A stretch of DNA of 64,000 bases from Candidatus Poseidoniales archaeon (GTDB lineage Archaea; Thermoplasmatota; Poseidoniia; Poseidoniales; Poseidoniaceae): assembly GCA_003602475.1 (NCBI GenBank), contig QQSC01000015.1:46313-110312 (forward strand), read 5' to 3'. Both the position numbers and the translations under genes were made by a program. Each line of letters starts with the position of its first letter. Positions within the stretch are counted from its first letter, which is position 1. This document shows, piece after piece, positions 37,865 to 48,700 of this stretch. The notes under the pieces were generated by a model. The model ran no database searches and was not told the origin of the DNA. It worked only from the letters and a program-made list of their open reading frames with translations.

Positions 37865-37939
37865 GCGGCAACGTCTCCTCCGGAGTCCTTGGACTTGTTG
37901 GGGCCAAGGGTTGAAGTTGCCGAGGCACTGTTGCGTACC

Positions 37940-38374
37940 ATGGGAAGGGTGACGCTCCACTTGCACGGCGCCCCAAAGAATCGAGCAGCACGGACCATGC
38001 TTTCCACGTACACCGACCGTCTCAAGAGTCAAGGCGTTGGCCTCGTCGTTCACAGCGATAAACGCACAACGAAGGCTTACATCGATCACTTGTCAGCCCT
38101 GTCTGGCACGCTTGTTTTACTTGATGAAGCCGGCGAACACCTCACCTCCGAGGCGCTGGCTGATCGGCTCAAGGGTTGGCGGATGAGTGCTCAAGACATT
38201 CATCTCGCCATCGGTCCGGCCGAAGGGTGGAAGGACGACGAACGTCGCTACGGTCACCAGCGCCTTTCGTTGTCGTTGATGACCTTCCCGCATGAACTGG
38301 CGGCGGTGATGCTGGCGGAACAAGTGTACAGAGCTCATGAGATTCTCCGCGGCTCCGCTTATCACAAACCATGA
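37940..38374 (+). CDS. rlmH: 23S rRNA m3Psi1915 methyltransferase (SPOUT)
   Basis: LLDEAG…SEALA, IGPAEG, LSLSLMTFPHELA, EQVYRA, GSAYHK. Confidence 0.9.
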   Translation: MGRVTLHLHGAPKNRAARTMLSTYTDRLKSQGVGLVVHSDKRTTKAYIDHLSALSGTLVLLDEAGEHLTSEALADRLKGWRMSAQDIHLAIGPAEGWKDDERRYGHQRLSLSLMTFPHELAAVMLAEQVYRAHEILRGSAYHKP

Positions 38375-38408
38375 TATTGGCCGGCGGTTGAGCAGAACAT
38401 GAACGGTC

Positions 38409-39179
38409 ATGATTCTTGATGAACACACTGGTAAGTGGTTGGTCTATCTTTTGCTTGCAGTGGTCTCCATCTCCATGCTCTTGGGCAGCAAAAATCAGCC
38501 CTTTCCAGAAATTTCTCGGCGGTTTGGCTGGGTCTTGACGTCGCTGACCGCTCTGCTGTTGGTCGGTGAACAAGCACCTCGTCCGGTCTCGCTTGATGTG
38601 TTGCTCGTTCTAACACTCGCCGTGGGCAGTTACGGCGTGCTCGCTGGTGTTCACCACATGGTGAGAACCCGTCACGATGTGTTGGTCGCTCCCTTGACCG
38701 GATTCTTGTTTTGCACCGGTGCGGGAGGCCTCATGGTCCAGACATGGCCATCGTTGAACGCGCTTGAGCAATGGTCGGGTTTTCTGATGCTGGTGTTGCT
38801 CGCGGGCGGACAAACCTGGTTGGTGTTTCGCGGTCTGCTCATCGGGCGCCTCCCGTTGTCATGGAGCCAAGCCGGCATGGTGGCGCTCGAACGGGGCCGC
38901 TTGCACGGCTCCCACGGGGCTGTAGCGTGCTTTGAGAAAGGTTGGGACGCCGACGAGGAGCATCTCAACCCCATGGCTTATGTGGCGCTCCAGCGAATTC
39001 ACTCGTTTTTGGGAGATGCGCATCAAGCCACGGAGTGGCAGGAAGCGTTGGACGACGCCGGTGGCATCAACGCCGTTGCGCCAGAATGGATCGAGGCCAT
39101 TGAACAAGCGCTTGACCGAATCGAGCGCTTGGCCGGCGATTCCAACGGAACATCGGGAGTCGAATCCGTTGCATCATGA
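38409..39179 (+). CDS. Membrane protein (about 5 TM) with C-terminal TPR-like helices
   Basis: Hydrophobic N-terminal half; WSQAGMVALERG…AVACFEKG helical repeat. Confidence 0.7.
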   Translation: MILDEHTGKWLVYLLLAVVSISMLLGSKNQPFPEISRRFGWVLTSLTALLLVGEQAPRPVSLDVLLVLTLAVGSYGVLAGVHHMVRTRHDVLVAPLTGFLFCTGAGGLMVQTWPSLNALEQWSGFLMLVLLAGGQTWLVFRGLLIGRLPLSWSQAGMVALERGRLHGSHGAVACFEKGWDADEEHLNPMAYVALQRIHSFLGDAHQATEWQEALDDAGGINAVAPEWIEAIEQALDRIERLAGDSNGTSGVESVAS

Positions 39180-39225
39180 AGCGGAGAACAAAAGACCTTA
39201 TATCCATGAAAACCAATAACACATC

Positions 39226-39489
39226 ATGGAAAAGCACCTCCACGATGAACAAGATTGGCCCATGGGGACTCTTCTTTGGTTTGCAGTTGTCGTTTGGTTT
39301 TCATCCAGTCTTCTTTCACAGTCCGCTTTCATGGCGGTCCACGGTCTTCCCTACGATGCGGTGTCCATGCTCAAGTCCTTGGGCCCCGTTTACTACCTCA
39401 TCGTGGCGATGGAACTGGCGATGTGGGTGGCTGTGATCGCTTGGGGCGGGCACCGTTTTGTGGCTCGGCGACGTGCCGTTACCGCCTGA
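39226..39489 (+). CDS. Small two-TM membrane protein
   Basis: 87 aa; TTATAT at -28..-23. Confidence 0.65.
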   Translation: MEKHLHDEQDWPMGTLLWFAVVVWFSSSLLSQSAFMAVHGLPYDAVSMLKSLGPVYYLIVAMELAMWVAVIAWGGHRFVARRRAVTA

Positions 39490-39625
39490 TGTTCATTTTC
39501 GTGCTCGCCTTGGTGCGTCCTTGGAACAACCCGAACCCAACTCAACGGTCGGAACCCCCAAACCGGCCGAAAAACGCCATAACCTCATGGCATTTCGCCG
39601 ATGACATAAAGAATCGTCAAGACGA

Positions 39626-40120
39626 GTGGTCTCCGTGAGTCCACCTTCAGACCTTCCCATGTTTGCAGGGTGCCCCATGGATGTGGAGGCCCTTGACGAA
39701 CACCATCACTTGCCCTATGATCTACCCGACGATGCTCAGATCGTGACCATTGAACACGCTCGTTCGCATCTCGATTCAGCGCGTGACATCCTGATGGTGT
39801 TGCAAGCGATGGGAGAAGAAGCGCACGACCTGACCAATGAACTCGAACTGCTGCTGGACCTCTACGAAATGAGTCATTCCCATGTCGCTCAAGTCGCCGA
39901 GCATCTTGGTCGCCTCGTGCGGCAATGGCAGGGTTTGGTGGATGACTTGAACGCTATGGGGGCTCGCATCGTTTCAATGGACCCGGGTCGCCTGGAATGG
40001 TACGGTGTGGTCGATCGTCAAATGGCGCTGTTTTCGTGGACTGTTGGAGAGGAAGACATCGAGTGGTATTACAGGATGGAAGAAGGCTTTCCAGCCCGCA
40101 AACCCCTCATAGAAGCGTGA
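39626..40120 (+). CDS. DUF2203-like protein
   Basis: C-terminal FSWTVGEEDIEWYY…GFPARKPL; helical core. Start uncertain. Confidence 0.7.
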   Translation: MVSVSPPSDLPMFAGCPMDVEALDEHHHLPYDLPDDAQIVTIEHARSHLDSARDILMVLQAMGEEAHDLTNELELLLDLYEMSHSHVAQVAEHLGRLVRQWQGLVDDLNAMGARIVSMDPGRLEWYGVVDRQMALFSWTVGEEDIEWYYRMEEGFPARKPLIEA

Positions 40121-40142
40121 CCTCGGAGAACCGGGCGAGGTC

Positions 40143-40838
40143 ATGGTCAACATCACGAGAGTGTACACCGGCGGCGGCGATAAAGGCGAATCTTCCTTGG
40201 TTGACGGCTCCCGCCGTTCCAAAGCAGATCCAAGGTTCGAGGTGGTCGGTCTGTGCGACGAATTCAACAGTCTTCTGGGCACGGTGTTGATGGAAATCGA
40301 CCGTCTCCCGAACCACGACGATGGCGGCCAGCGCACCAGTGTTCGCCGCATTCAGCAGGTGGTTGGCGAAGCCCTTGGAAGAACACAACACGAGGTGTTT
40401 GACTTGGGCGCAGAATTGGCTTGCCCGCCCGAGACGCTCCCCGAATTCATGGTGCTCATCAACGAAGACCAAGCCAACGTGCTGGTCGATGAAATGGATG
40501 CGTTGTTGGAATGGCTTGAACCTTTGAACAGCTTCATTCTCCCCACCGGTGAACCTCCTGTGGCCATGATGCACGTGGCTCGAACGATGGTTCGGAGATT
40601 GGAACGCTCCGTCGTTCGGTTGAGAGAACATGAAGGCGAATCTTCCGTCCGTCCGATTGTGTTGATTTACATCAACCGCCTCTCAGACTGGTTGTTTGTG
40701 ATGGCTCGGTGGGTCAGCCATGTTCTTCAAAACGAGGAAACAAAGTGGGTGCCGTTGGGCAAGCGAACGGCTGAACGAGGCATTGGTCAACGGGTTCGTC
40801 AAATGCGTTCCAACGACGACGATTTGTCCTCGATTTAA
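40143..40838 (+). CDS. pduO: ATP:cob(I)alamin adenosyltransferase, PduO type
   Basis: VYTGGGDKGESSL, DEFNS, FDLGAELA, FILP, ARTMVRRLER, YINRLSDWLF. Confidence 0.9.
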   Translation: MVNITRVYTGGGDKGESSLVDGSRRSKADPRFEVVGLCDEFNSLLGTVLMEIDRLPNHDDGGQRTSVRRIQQVVGEALGRTQHEVFDLGAELACPPETLPEFMVLINEDQANVLVDEMDALLEWLEPLNSFILPTGEPPVAMMHVARTMVRRLERSVVRLREHEGESSVRPIVLIYINRLSDWLFVMARWVSHVLQNEETKWVPLGKRTAERGIGQRVRQMRSNDDDLSSI

Positions 40839-40841
40839 CCT

Positions 40842-41246
40842 TCAAGCAAGGTGAGGGGCTGCTCCGAGGGCAGCATGAAGCACACCGCGGGTTTCATCGT
40901 GGGTAACAAATTCCAAGGCTTGATCCCACGGCAGCCACAAGTACCCGCGATGTTCTTTGGAGAGTTGGACCGTTATCTCATCGGTTTCACCAAGGTACCA
41001 ATGGACTTCTTTGTCCCTTCGTTTGCCCTTGTGGTGGTAGCTGTACGACGTTCGGTATGCAAACCCGCCGACGAATTTGAGGTCAACAATTCCGGTCTCC
41101 TCATGAAGTTCACGTCGAACCGTGGCCATGTGATCCGCATCGCTGTCCTCCACGTGGCCTTTGGGCAGGTCCCAATGCCCTTGAGGGTACTGAAGAAGCA
41201 GCACCGTGCCGCAATTGACAAGCACAACACCGCATGAGGTCTCCAT
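40842..41246 (-). CDS. NUDIX hydrolase, Ap4A hydrolase-like
   Basis: SCGVV, HWDLPKGHVE…RELHEETG, LSKEH. Confidence 0.85.
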   Translation of the reverse strand: METSCGVVLVNCGTVLLLQYPQGHWDLPKGHVEDSDADHMATVRRELHEETGIVDLKFVGGFAYRTSYSYHHKGKRRDKEVHWYLGETDEITVQLSKEHRGYLWLPWDQALEFVTHDETRGVLHAALGAAPHLA

Positions 41247-41325
41247 GCGCCTCCCTGCTCGGTCTCCTTGATGGTCATGACGGCTCGAGGCGAACGTTGA
41301 TGGCCGTTCACGGAGAGCAAAGAGC

Positions 41326-42312
41326 ATGGCGGTTCAAGCCCTGCAAGCTGGCGAAGTCCCCTTTTATTCGCTTATTTTAGCCGATGCTGACCTTGACGGG
41401 CTAATGGGAGCCGCGCTCCTCAAGGCTTTCCGGCCGGAGGCTTCGGTTCGGTTTTCCCATGCCGCCGCCGTTCGAGGCGGACTCGATGACGGGTACATCA
41501 ACGCCCAGACCGCCATGGTTGACCTTCCGTTCCATCCCAATTGTGGATGGTACATCGACCACCATGCCACCAACCGACCAACGGCCGAAGAATCCACAGC
41601 CTTCACCCAGAAAGGTGGTGTGGTGGATTGGGATGCGGCTCCTTCTGCTGCGCGTGTGGTCCACGATCTGCTGAAGAACGTGACACCTGTTGACCATTTG
41701 ACGTCGCTGATGCCTTGGGTGGACGCCCTTGATTCGGGAGGAATTTCACTCACCGATTTTCGAGAGGACGGTCCGGCATTGCAACTTTCGAGATGCTGTT
41801 CGCTGCGCCACGAGCCCATGATGCATCGAATCGTTGACCTGTTGGCGAATGGAGCGGATTTGGACACCGTTTTGAGGGATGAGGAAGTTGGGCCGCTGGT
41901 GCAGAATCTACGTGCTGAGCGGCAACACGCAGAAGAGATGGTGGCCAAGTACACCACCATCCACAACCGACTTGCAGTTTGCAGGTTGGAGGACACCGGG
42001 CTACGAATCAACGGCTATTTGGTCACGGCATGGGCGGGTGACCGCGCCGATGCATGCTGTGTGGTCCACGGTTACGCCGATGGCCGATTGGACGACCGAG
42101 AACGCCCTCCCATCGGCGCCAGTTTCTATGCCAATTCGTTTTTGCCAGGGGCGCAAGGGATGTACGACCTGTCTCGCATGGCCACCTCTCTTGATCCGAC
42201 CGGGGGGGGGCATCGAAACGCTTGCGGTTGCCGTGTCCAGCCACCCGGCCTGGAAGCCAACCTGAGCCACTGGTTGTCGATGTGGGACGCCAGAGACGAC
42301 GTCCTTGTTTGA
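41326..42312 (+). CDS. DHH-family phosphoesterase
   Basis: DADLDG, VDLP, IDHH, GGGHRNACG. Confidence 0.85.
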   Translation: MAVQALQAGEVPFYSLILADADLDGLMGAALLKAFRPEASVRFSHAAAVRGGLDDGYINAQTAMVDLPFHPNCGWYIDHHATNRPTAEESTAFTQKGGVVDWDAAPSAARVVHDLLKNVTPVDHLTSLMPWVDALDSGGISLTDFREDGPALQLSRCCSLRHEPMMHRIVDLLANGADLDTVLRDEEVGPLVQNLRAERQHAEEMVAKYTTIHNRLAVCRLEDTGLRINGYLVTAWAGDRADACCVVHGYADGRLDDRERPPIGASFYANSFLPGAQGMYDLSRMATSLDPTGGGHRNACGCRVQPPGLEANLSHWLSMWDARDDVLV

Positions 42313-42318
42313 AACGCC

Positions 42319-42588
42319 TCAAAACTTCGGCATGGCCGAGGTGTTCGATGAGGAATGCTCAATGTTCATTGCCTCTGATTCTACGGTTTCGATGCCGTCT
42401 TCGTCCACCACACGTTCTCGTCCGTCTGCGGTGACCTCGACCTTCTTGACGTTGAGTCGATTCACGGTGGCTTTTAGCACCTCAAACTCGATTTCCAAGT
42501 CCTCAAGAGCGTCTCTTGAGGTCTCGATGTGCTTCTCCACGCGACCAAGAAGTTTCTTCATCTTCTTGAGGGTTCGAGCGTCGGACAT
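42319..42588 (-). CDS. Small coiled-coil protein
   Basis: 89 aa with heptad pattern; fills the gap. Confidence 0.6.
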   Translation of the reverse strand: MSDARTLKKMKKLLGRVEKHIETSRDALEDLEIEFEVLKATVNRLNVKKVEVTADGRERVVDEDGIETVESEAMNIEHSSSNTSAMPKF

Positions 42589-42637
42589 GTGTCATCGTCG
42601 TGCCGTTTCCTTTTGAGTGTTCGGGGGGGCTTTCTGC

Positions 42638-44968
42638 TCATTCTTCACTGCTCGGAACGGGCTCAACGGTGGGCGGGGATGACCCGCCGAGGAAAGCGGG
42701 GGACCACCAATTCCATTTCCCCATCAAACGCATTGTTGAAGGGACCACGAGGGCGCGTACCAACGTCGCATCAATGAAAATCGCCAACGCCAGTCCCAAT
42801 CCGATCTGCTTTAGGATGATGATGCTCGAAAGCCCGAAAGCGCTGAACACCACGACCATGATGGCGGCGGCACCGGTGATGAGCCCCCCGGTCTTTTGCA
42901 GCCCTTGGGCGACCGCTGCGGTGTTGTCGCCTGTTCGCTCCCACTCCTCATGGATCCGAGAGAGCATCAGCACCTCGTAGTCCATCGATAACCCGAACAC
43001 GATGCAGAACATGATGACGGGGTTGCCCGAATCGATGGGTTGGGGCGTGAAATTGAGCAGGTCAGCACCGTAGCCCCACTGGAACACCCAGACCAGCATA
43101 CCGAAGGACGCCGAAATGGAAAGGATGTTCATGGCGATGGCCTTGATGGGGATGACCACCGAGCGAACCTGAAGGAAAATGAGCAACATTGTAGCGATGA
43201 GAATGAACGCCAGTGCACGGGGGAGATTGTCGGCGATGGCGTCGAGGTTGTCGGCGTTGTAAGCAGCGAAACCGGCCACGAGCATGCGGTCGTTTTCTCC
43301 TGTGAAATCGTCGAGGAATGCCCCGCGCTCATCTCGGATGTCTTCGACCATCTCTCGGGATTCGACACTGGTTTGGTCTCCCTCGAGTTGCAAAGAAATC
43401 ATGGTGGCTTCGTCTCCAATAAGGGCGGTGCGCAAACTCTCCCTCACGGCCACTTGTTCAGGCGGCAGGAATTCGCTGGGCGCCTGCCAGAATTCAACCA
43501 CTTGCGTGGCGTTCATCCCCTGGCTGGGTAGGCCAACGCCAATGCCACCGGTCGCTCGGGGGTCGTCGAGTAGACCCGTGATGTAGGCGTGCTGAAGGCG
43601 GAGATTGGTTTCGTTGAGGGGGTCGGCTCCATCGGTGTCGATGACCAAGAAGATGGAATTGGCTGCTTGGTCCGGCCAAACCTCGTCGATGACCTCCATG
43701 CCCATTCGCGATTCATCCTCGGGTGGCAAAGCCTTCCACGAGGAGAGGGAAAATTCAGCGTAGGCAAAGGGAACGCCAGCACCGATGAGCAAAATGAGTG
43801 TGGGGATGAGCACGGTCCAGGGGCGATCCATGACCCGCTTGGCAAGGCGGGCCCATACACCGTCGTCTTTCGCGCTCATGTCGAGGGAGTACGGAATCTT
43901 GAGCTTGTTCACCCGATGACCCAATTGGGCCATCACTGCGGGCAGGACGATGGTGGAGTACACCATGGCAATGGACACCGCAATGGTTCCACCAATGCCG
44001 AGCGAGGGCAAGGAAGTGTTGGTGAAAAACAGCATCCCCATGAGACCAATGGCCACGGTAATGCCCGAGTAGAACACCGCCTTTCCAGCCGTAGCGCAAC
44101 TCATGGCCGTGGCGGTTCGGACGTCCCGACCTCGCTCAAGTTCCTCTCGAAACCTGTTCACGAGGAAGAGCGAATAATCAATGGAAACACCGATGCCGAT
44201 AAGCGAGATGATGTTCGTGGCGTAGACGGTGACGTCGGTCACGTTGGAGAGCCAAATGGTCATCCCGATGGCAGCCACCACGGTGCCCACCCCAACACCC
44301 ACTGGGAGCAGAGCTGCCACTACGGAGCCGAACACCACGCCGAGGATGATGAGTGAAAGCGGGCCAGAGACCAATTCGGCCTTGATCAGGTCGTTCTTGA
44401 TGCGGTCATCAAAGGTCCAATCAATGGCGATGCCGTCGGTTGCAAAGCCTTCGAACTCTCCACCGATGCTGATGCTGTCGTACAGCTCGCCGTGGAGGGA
44501 TTTGGCGTCTTTTCGATTGGTTTGAAGTTCAACTTGGTTGATGGCGTAATGGCCGTCTTCGGTGCTGGCGGTCACGTCCTCTCGGTCAACCTCGTCGACG
44601 GTCCACGAATACACGACGTTGATGTCCCGATGTCCGCTGTATTGTTCGAGGGCATCCATGACGGCTTGTTGCCACACTTCAGAAGAGTCGTTGAGTGTTG
44701 GGTGGTACACCACATAGCGGAAATATTGACCCGAATCGTTGTCAGAGGAAGCGAATCGATCAGAGATAAGGCGGAATCCTTCAACCGATTCAACATCGTC
44801 TTCACCGAACCCTTCGGCCCAATCGGCACCAATGGCGATCAAGCTGGACATCAGGACGCAAGAAACAAGGCCGAAGGCCATCATCAACTTCTTGTGGTCA
44901 TGGATGAATTCTCCAAGTTTGTAGAAGGCCCGTCCTTCCAGCATCTTGGGGTCTGTAGCGCCTTCCAT
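42638..44968 (-). CDS. MMPL/RND-family transporter
   Basis: Two halves with GVSIDYSLFLVNRFREE and GLSMDYEVLMLSRIHEE; TATAAA at -29..-24. Confidence 0.9.
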   Translation of the reverse strand: MEGATDPKMLEGRAFYKLGEFIHDHKKLMMAFGLVSCVLMSSLIAIGADWAEGFGEDDVESVEGFRLISDRFASSDNDSGQYFRYVVYHPTLNDSSEVWQQAVMDALEQYSGHRDINVVYSWTVDEVDREDVTASTEDGHYAINQVELQTNRKDAKSLHGELYDSISIGGEFEGFATDGIAIDWTFDDRIKNDLIKAELVSGPLSLIILGVVFGSVVAALLPVGVGVGTVVAAIGMTIWLSNVTDVTVYATNIISLIGIGVSIDYSLFLVNRFREELERGRDVRTATAMSCATAGKAVFYSGITVAIGLMGMLFFTNTSLPSLGIGGTIAVSIAMVYSTIVLPAVMAQLGHRVNKLKIPYSLDMSAKDDGVWARLAKRVMDRPWTVLIPTLILLIGAGVPFAYAEFSLSSWKALPPEDESRMGMEVIDEVWPDQAANSIFLVIDTDGADPLNETNLRLQHAYITGLLDDPRATGGIGVGLPSQGMNATQVVEFWQAPSEFLPPEQVAVRESLRTALIGDEATMISLQLEGDQTSVESREMVEDIRDERGAFLDDFTGENDRMLVAGFAAYNADNLDAIADNLPRALAFILIATMLLIFLQVRSVVIPIKAIAMNILSISASFGMLVWVFQWGYGADLLNFTPQPIDSGNPVIMFCIVFGLSMDYEVLMLSRIHEEWERTGDNTAAVAQGLQKTGGLITGAAAIMVVVFSAFGLSSIIILKQIGLGLALAIFIDATLVRALVVPSTMRLMGKWNWWSPAFLGGSSPPTVEPVPSSEE

Positions 44969-45035
44969 GACGCGGCGAAAAAATACCGCTTTTTATACCG
45001 CTGTCTAAATGCCCCACGAAACTCCGTTTGACCGG

Positions 45036-45545
45036 TCAGGCAAGAAAGATGTCGAAGGTGTAGATGAATCCCATGAACGCATGAAGAAAGACGAGGTAAA
45101 TCACCAAGTCAGCCGCTCTTCCGTGTTTGGTTTTGGCCAGTGCATACGATTCACCGTTCTCGCGAAGTGTTTTTGCCTCCCGTCCGAACCGAGAAAGGGC
45201 CACGAGTAAAGCGAACCCAACCGGGCCCATGTAGCCGTGAAGGGATTGCGGCCAGATGTCTGCCCACACGCTGCCTTGGGTGTACCAACCGTTGACCATA
45301 CGACCAACAAAGGCCACGACGATGACCAACCCGGTGGCCACGAGCAAGCGTTCGCCGTTTCGCTCGTGGCGGGCCCGGTGTTGTTCACGCTCGTCACCCT
45401 TGAGTTCTTTCGAGTGTTTTCGCCACGTGTATTGCCACCACACCCATACCACCAACCCCGACGCGAGAAGGGGGTGCAGCAAGAGGGCGATGGCAGGGAC
45501 GAGTTCCATGTGACCAGCGGGTTGTGTCAGTTCGGTTGAGTTCAT
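45036..45545 (-). CDS. DUF4079-like four-His membrane protein (cytochrome b561-like)
   Basis: Four TM helices with LLHP, RARHE, SLHG, KTKHG…LHA. Confidence 0.65.
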   Translation of the reverse strand: MNSTELTQPAGHMELVPAIALLLHPLLASGLVVWVWWQYTWRKHSKELKGDEREQHRARHERNGERLLVATGLVIVVAFVGRMVNGWYTQGSVWADIWPQSLHGYMGPVGFALLVALSRFGREAKTLRENGESYALAKTKHGRAADLVIYLVFLHAFMGFIYTFDIFLA

Positions 45546-45713
45546 GGACCTATGTGTGGCTACAACCCTCCATCTTCGTGCATCGGTGGGTTGAAAGCGG
45601 CAGGATGGAGGCGAATGGTAAGGAGGCGTGTGTGCATGGCAGAATCCTACATGGCAACATGCCTCGCCGTCGCCTTTGAACGGCCAGCCTCTCCGAACGT
45701 TCGAACCTCACGA

Positions 45714-48700
45714 ATGAGCAAGGATTCCGCTTGGCAGCTCTTGGCGAAGGAAAAACCACTTCGCGCCATGGTGTTGGTCGCCGTCAACGAACAGGAACCT
45801 CCACCGGCTGAAGACGACGAGGGCGCTTCACCCCGGACACCAGCGTCGCGCCCAAGAGGACGTTCTCGCCGAGGCAGCCGAAGCAGTGGGCCTCGCCACA
45901 TGGACTGGCTCCCCACCGCTGAAGAGGTCATCAACGACCAGCCATACAACACGGCGTTTCAGCTGGCCACGCTTTTGGTGCACAAGCAACTTGACGCCGA
46001 CGCTTGGGACGATGCATGGAACGCCAACGAAACGGCGCTTCGTGAAATCTGTCTCAACAAAGGCGTCCATCCGGTTTGGCACACCATCGCGGACAAGACC
46101 CCACTCTTGGCTCAATTCTTGGCCTTCCCCGCCGTTGAACCGTCGGAAGAAACGCCCACGGTCAACCTTGACACCTCCCTTTTGCGGTTCGATCCTCAGG
46201 ATCTGATTTCGCTGAACCGCCTCATCACCGGAGCCGTTGAAGCCAGTTCGTCTCCGGACACCAAAGTGGCTCTGCAAAAAGCAGCCTCTCAGGTGACCAC
46301 AAAGCGAAAGGTAACGGTTGATGACTCGCTTACGGACCTCACCGGTTCGTTGGCCTTCGTCCCCGTTTACCTCAATCTTCATGCCGGTCAAGAGGTTTCT
46401 GAAGCTCTTTGGAAGGCGGTGAACGATGTTGACACAGAACTTCACGACGCCCTCAAGGATTACGCTCGTTTGGCATCGGGGCAGGTTGATGATTGGGCCG
46501 CTGTTATGGCGCTCAAGAACGACAACAGCCTCGACGTGGCCCGTACGCTTCTCGCCTGGCTCCATGCCCCTGCTGATGCTGAACACATGCCGTCAGCAAC
46601 GTTGACTGAGGGCATTAACCTGATTTCAGAGGCCGGAATAACCCTCGCCGACGACCGGCTGACATGGTGGCGTTTGAAGGCCTTTCAAAAGGAAGGGAAG
46701 AAGGACGACGCCCTCGAAGTGCTGATCACCCTCTCGCTGGATGCGAATGCGGACGTGGCCGAGTTGCTGCCGCTCATCGTTGAACTCGACGACGAAAAAG
46801 CAGATTCGTGGCTCGAAGGTCACATCGATGTCCTTGAGCCAGCAGCCTGCGTGCACATGATTCGACACGAGAACCTTCGAACGCCCCTCCGCCTGCTGGC
46901 AGCGGAGCGTCTGTGCGATGCTGGCGACGATTCATGGAACGAAGTCGCTGCCTTGGCTTTGCCTTTGCTGGCACGCTCCCTTGATCTTGAACGTCTGGCG
47001 ATCGTGTTTTCCAACAGCGCCGACTTGGCGCTCTCAGAGCCTCATTTTGCTCTCATGACCGCTCATCTCGCCCCCGCTTCACTCCATGCTTCCCTGGGAG
47101 AGGGGCTCAATGCATGCCGGCAACAGGCGATTCAAGCCATCCATGGCGTAGAACTTCCCGGGGCTTTTTCGCCTCTCTCTGAACACCTTTTGCTGCTTCT
47201 TGAAGGCATCAACAATGATTCCCCAGAGCTGGCAGAAGTCTTGAATTTGCCTGCATTGCGTGCATTTTCACCCATCAGTGCGGCATTGGTCGCTGGCGGT
47301 GTGGTCAAACCAACCTCCTTGCGTAATCTCGAGAAGGAGCTCGACGAACTTGACATTGACGCCATCGAAAAGCGTCTGTTCGAAGTCATTCTTCTGACCC
47401 TTCGAATGAACGGCTTCATTCAGGACCATCAAATCGGACGGGCTCGAAACGAAACCGTTGCCGCAATCAACGACATGGTGAACCACCCGTCCATCCCGTA
47501 CCGGCTCATGGATTCGTTTTCCTTCCTGGTTCTCGAGCATGATTTGGGCTTGTCGCATCTGGTCGACTGGTATCAACAACACGCTCCGCTTTCGTCTTGG
47601 GCTCCCCTGGCGCGTGCCGCTTTGTTCGCTGCCAACGGTGACGAATTGAATTCCGCACGTGAATACATGAGAGCAGCAGAAGCCTTCAGCCAATCCGAGC
47701 GACAACACAACGACGAGAGCGGCGAAGACGACGATTCCGCTCTGGCCCTACCGCTTGCTCTCTACCGGAAATCCCTGATTCACTTTGCAAACGCCCAGCA
47801 GTGGGCGGAGGCCGTTAGCCTCCTCGAACGCGTCCCCGCCTTGAAAACAGCCATCACCGAGCGGTTCAAACTCTACCTCAAGGTCAGTCACACCGTTGGC
47901 AGTGACACCGACAAAGCCATGCGCATGATTCGGGAACACCTCCAGATGCGCGTACCCTACGAGGATGAAGATGTTGAGGGCAACATCGTCGTCAAACACC
48001 GAACGGTGTACAACGAGGAAGAACTTGACCTGCTCAAGAATTACCCTTACGACAAGGCTCACCAACTTCCTCCTGAGCCTTTCCTCGGTCGAGTAACCGC
48101 AGCATCAACTCGCATCGGTCGCGATTTGCGACGCTCAAGGAAGGAACACGAGCAACACTTCAGGCAAGCCATGCACGGTTCTTCGCCTTCGATGACCGAG
48201 GTCTATGAAATCGCTAAATCAGCTGCTGAGGAATCGCCTTTCGAGGGGCTGATGTACCTCGAGCGAGCACAAAACACCACGAAGTTCACCCTCCCGGACC
48301 GTCGGCGCCTCGCCGGTGTTGAATCCACGCTGTTCGCTCAGCACAAAGACGACATTCCAACCAAGAAACGCCGCTTCTTGCGAAACCTCCCCCTTCATCC
48401 GTTGGTGATTGTCGACACCAACATCTTGGTGGACGCCTTGGTGGACCGTGTTCACCAACAACTCAACCTTCTCGCAGGAACAAACCCCAATGTCATGAGC
48501 ATGAATCGATTCCACCGAATCTTGCTTCATCATGCCAAGGCCGACCACCTTCACCTCATGGTTCCCCAAGACGTGCGAGGCGAGTTGAAACAATTCGCCA
48601 AAGATCAGCGCTTGCGGTATCGGTTCAGCGGAGCCATGGTTGACGATGATGCCTTGAATCAAGCGTTGTCCGAGGACATCATGCTGGGATTGGTTGACCA

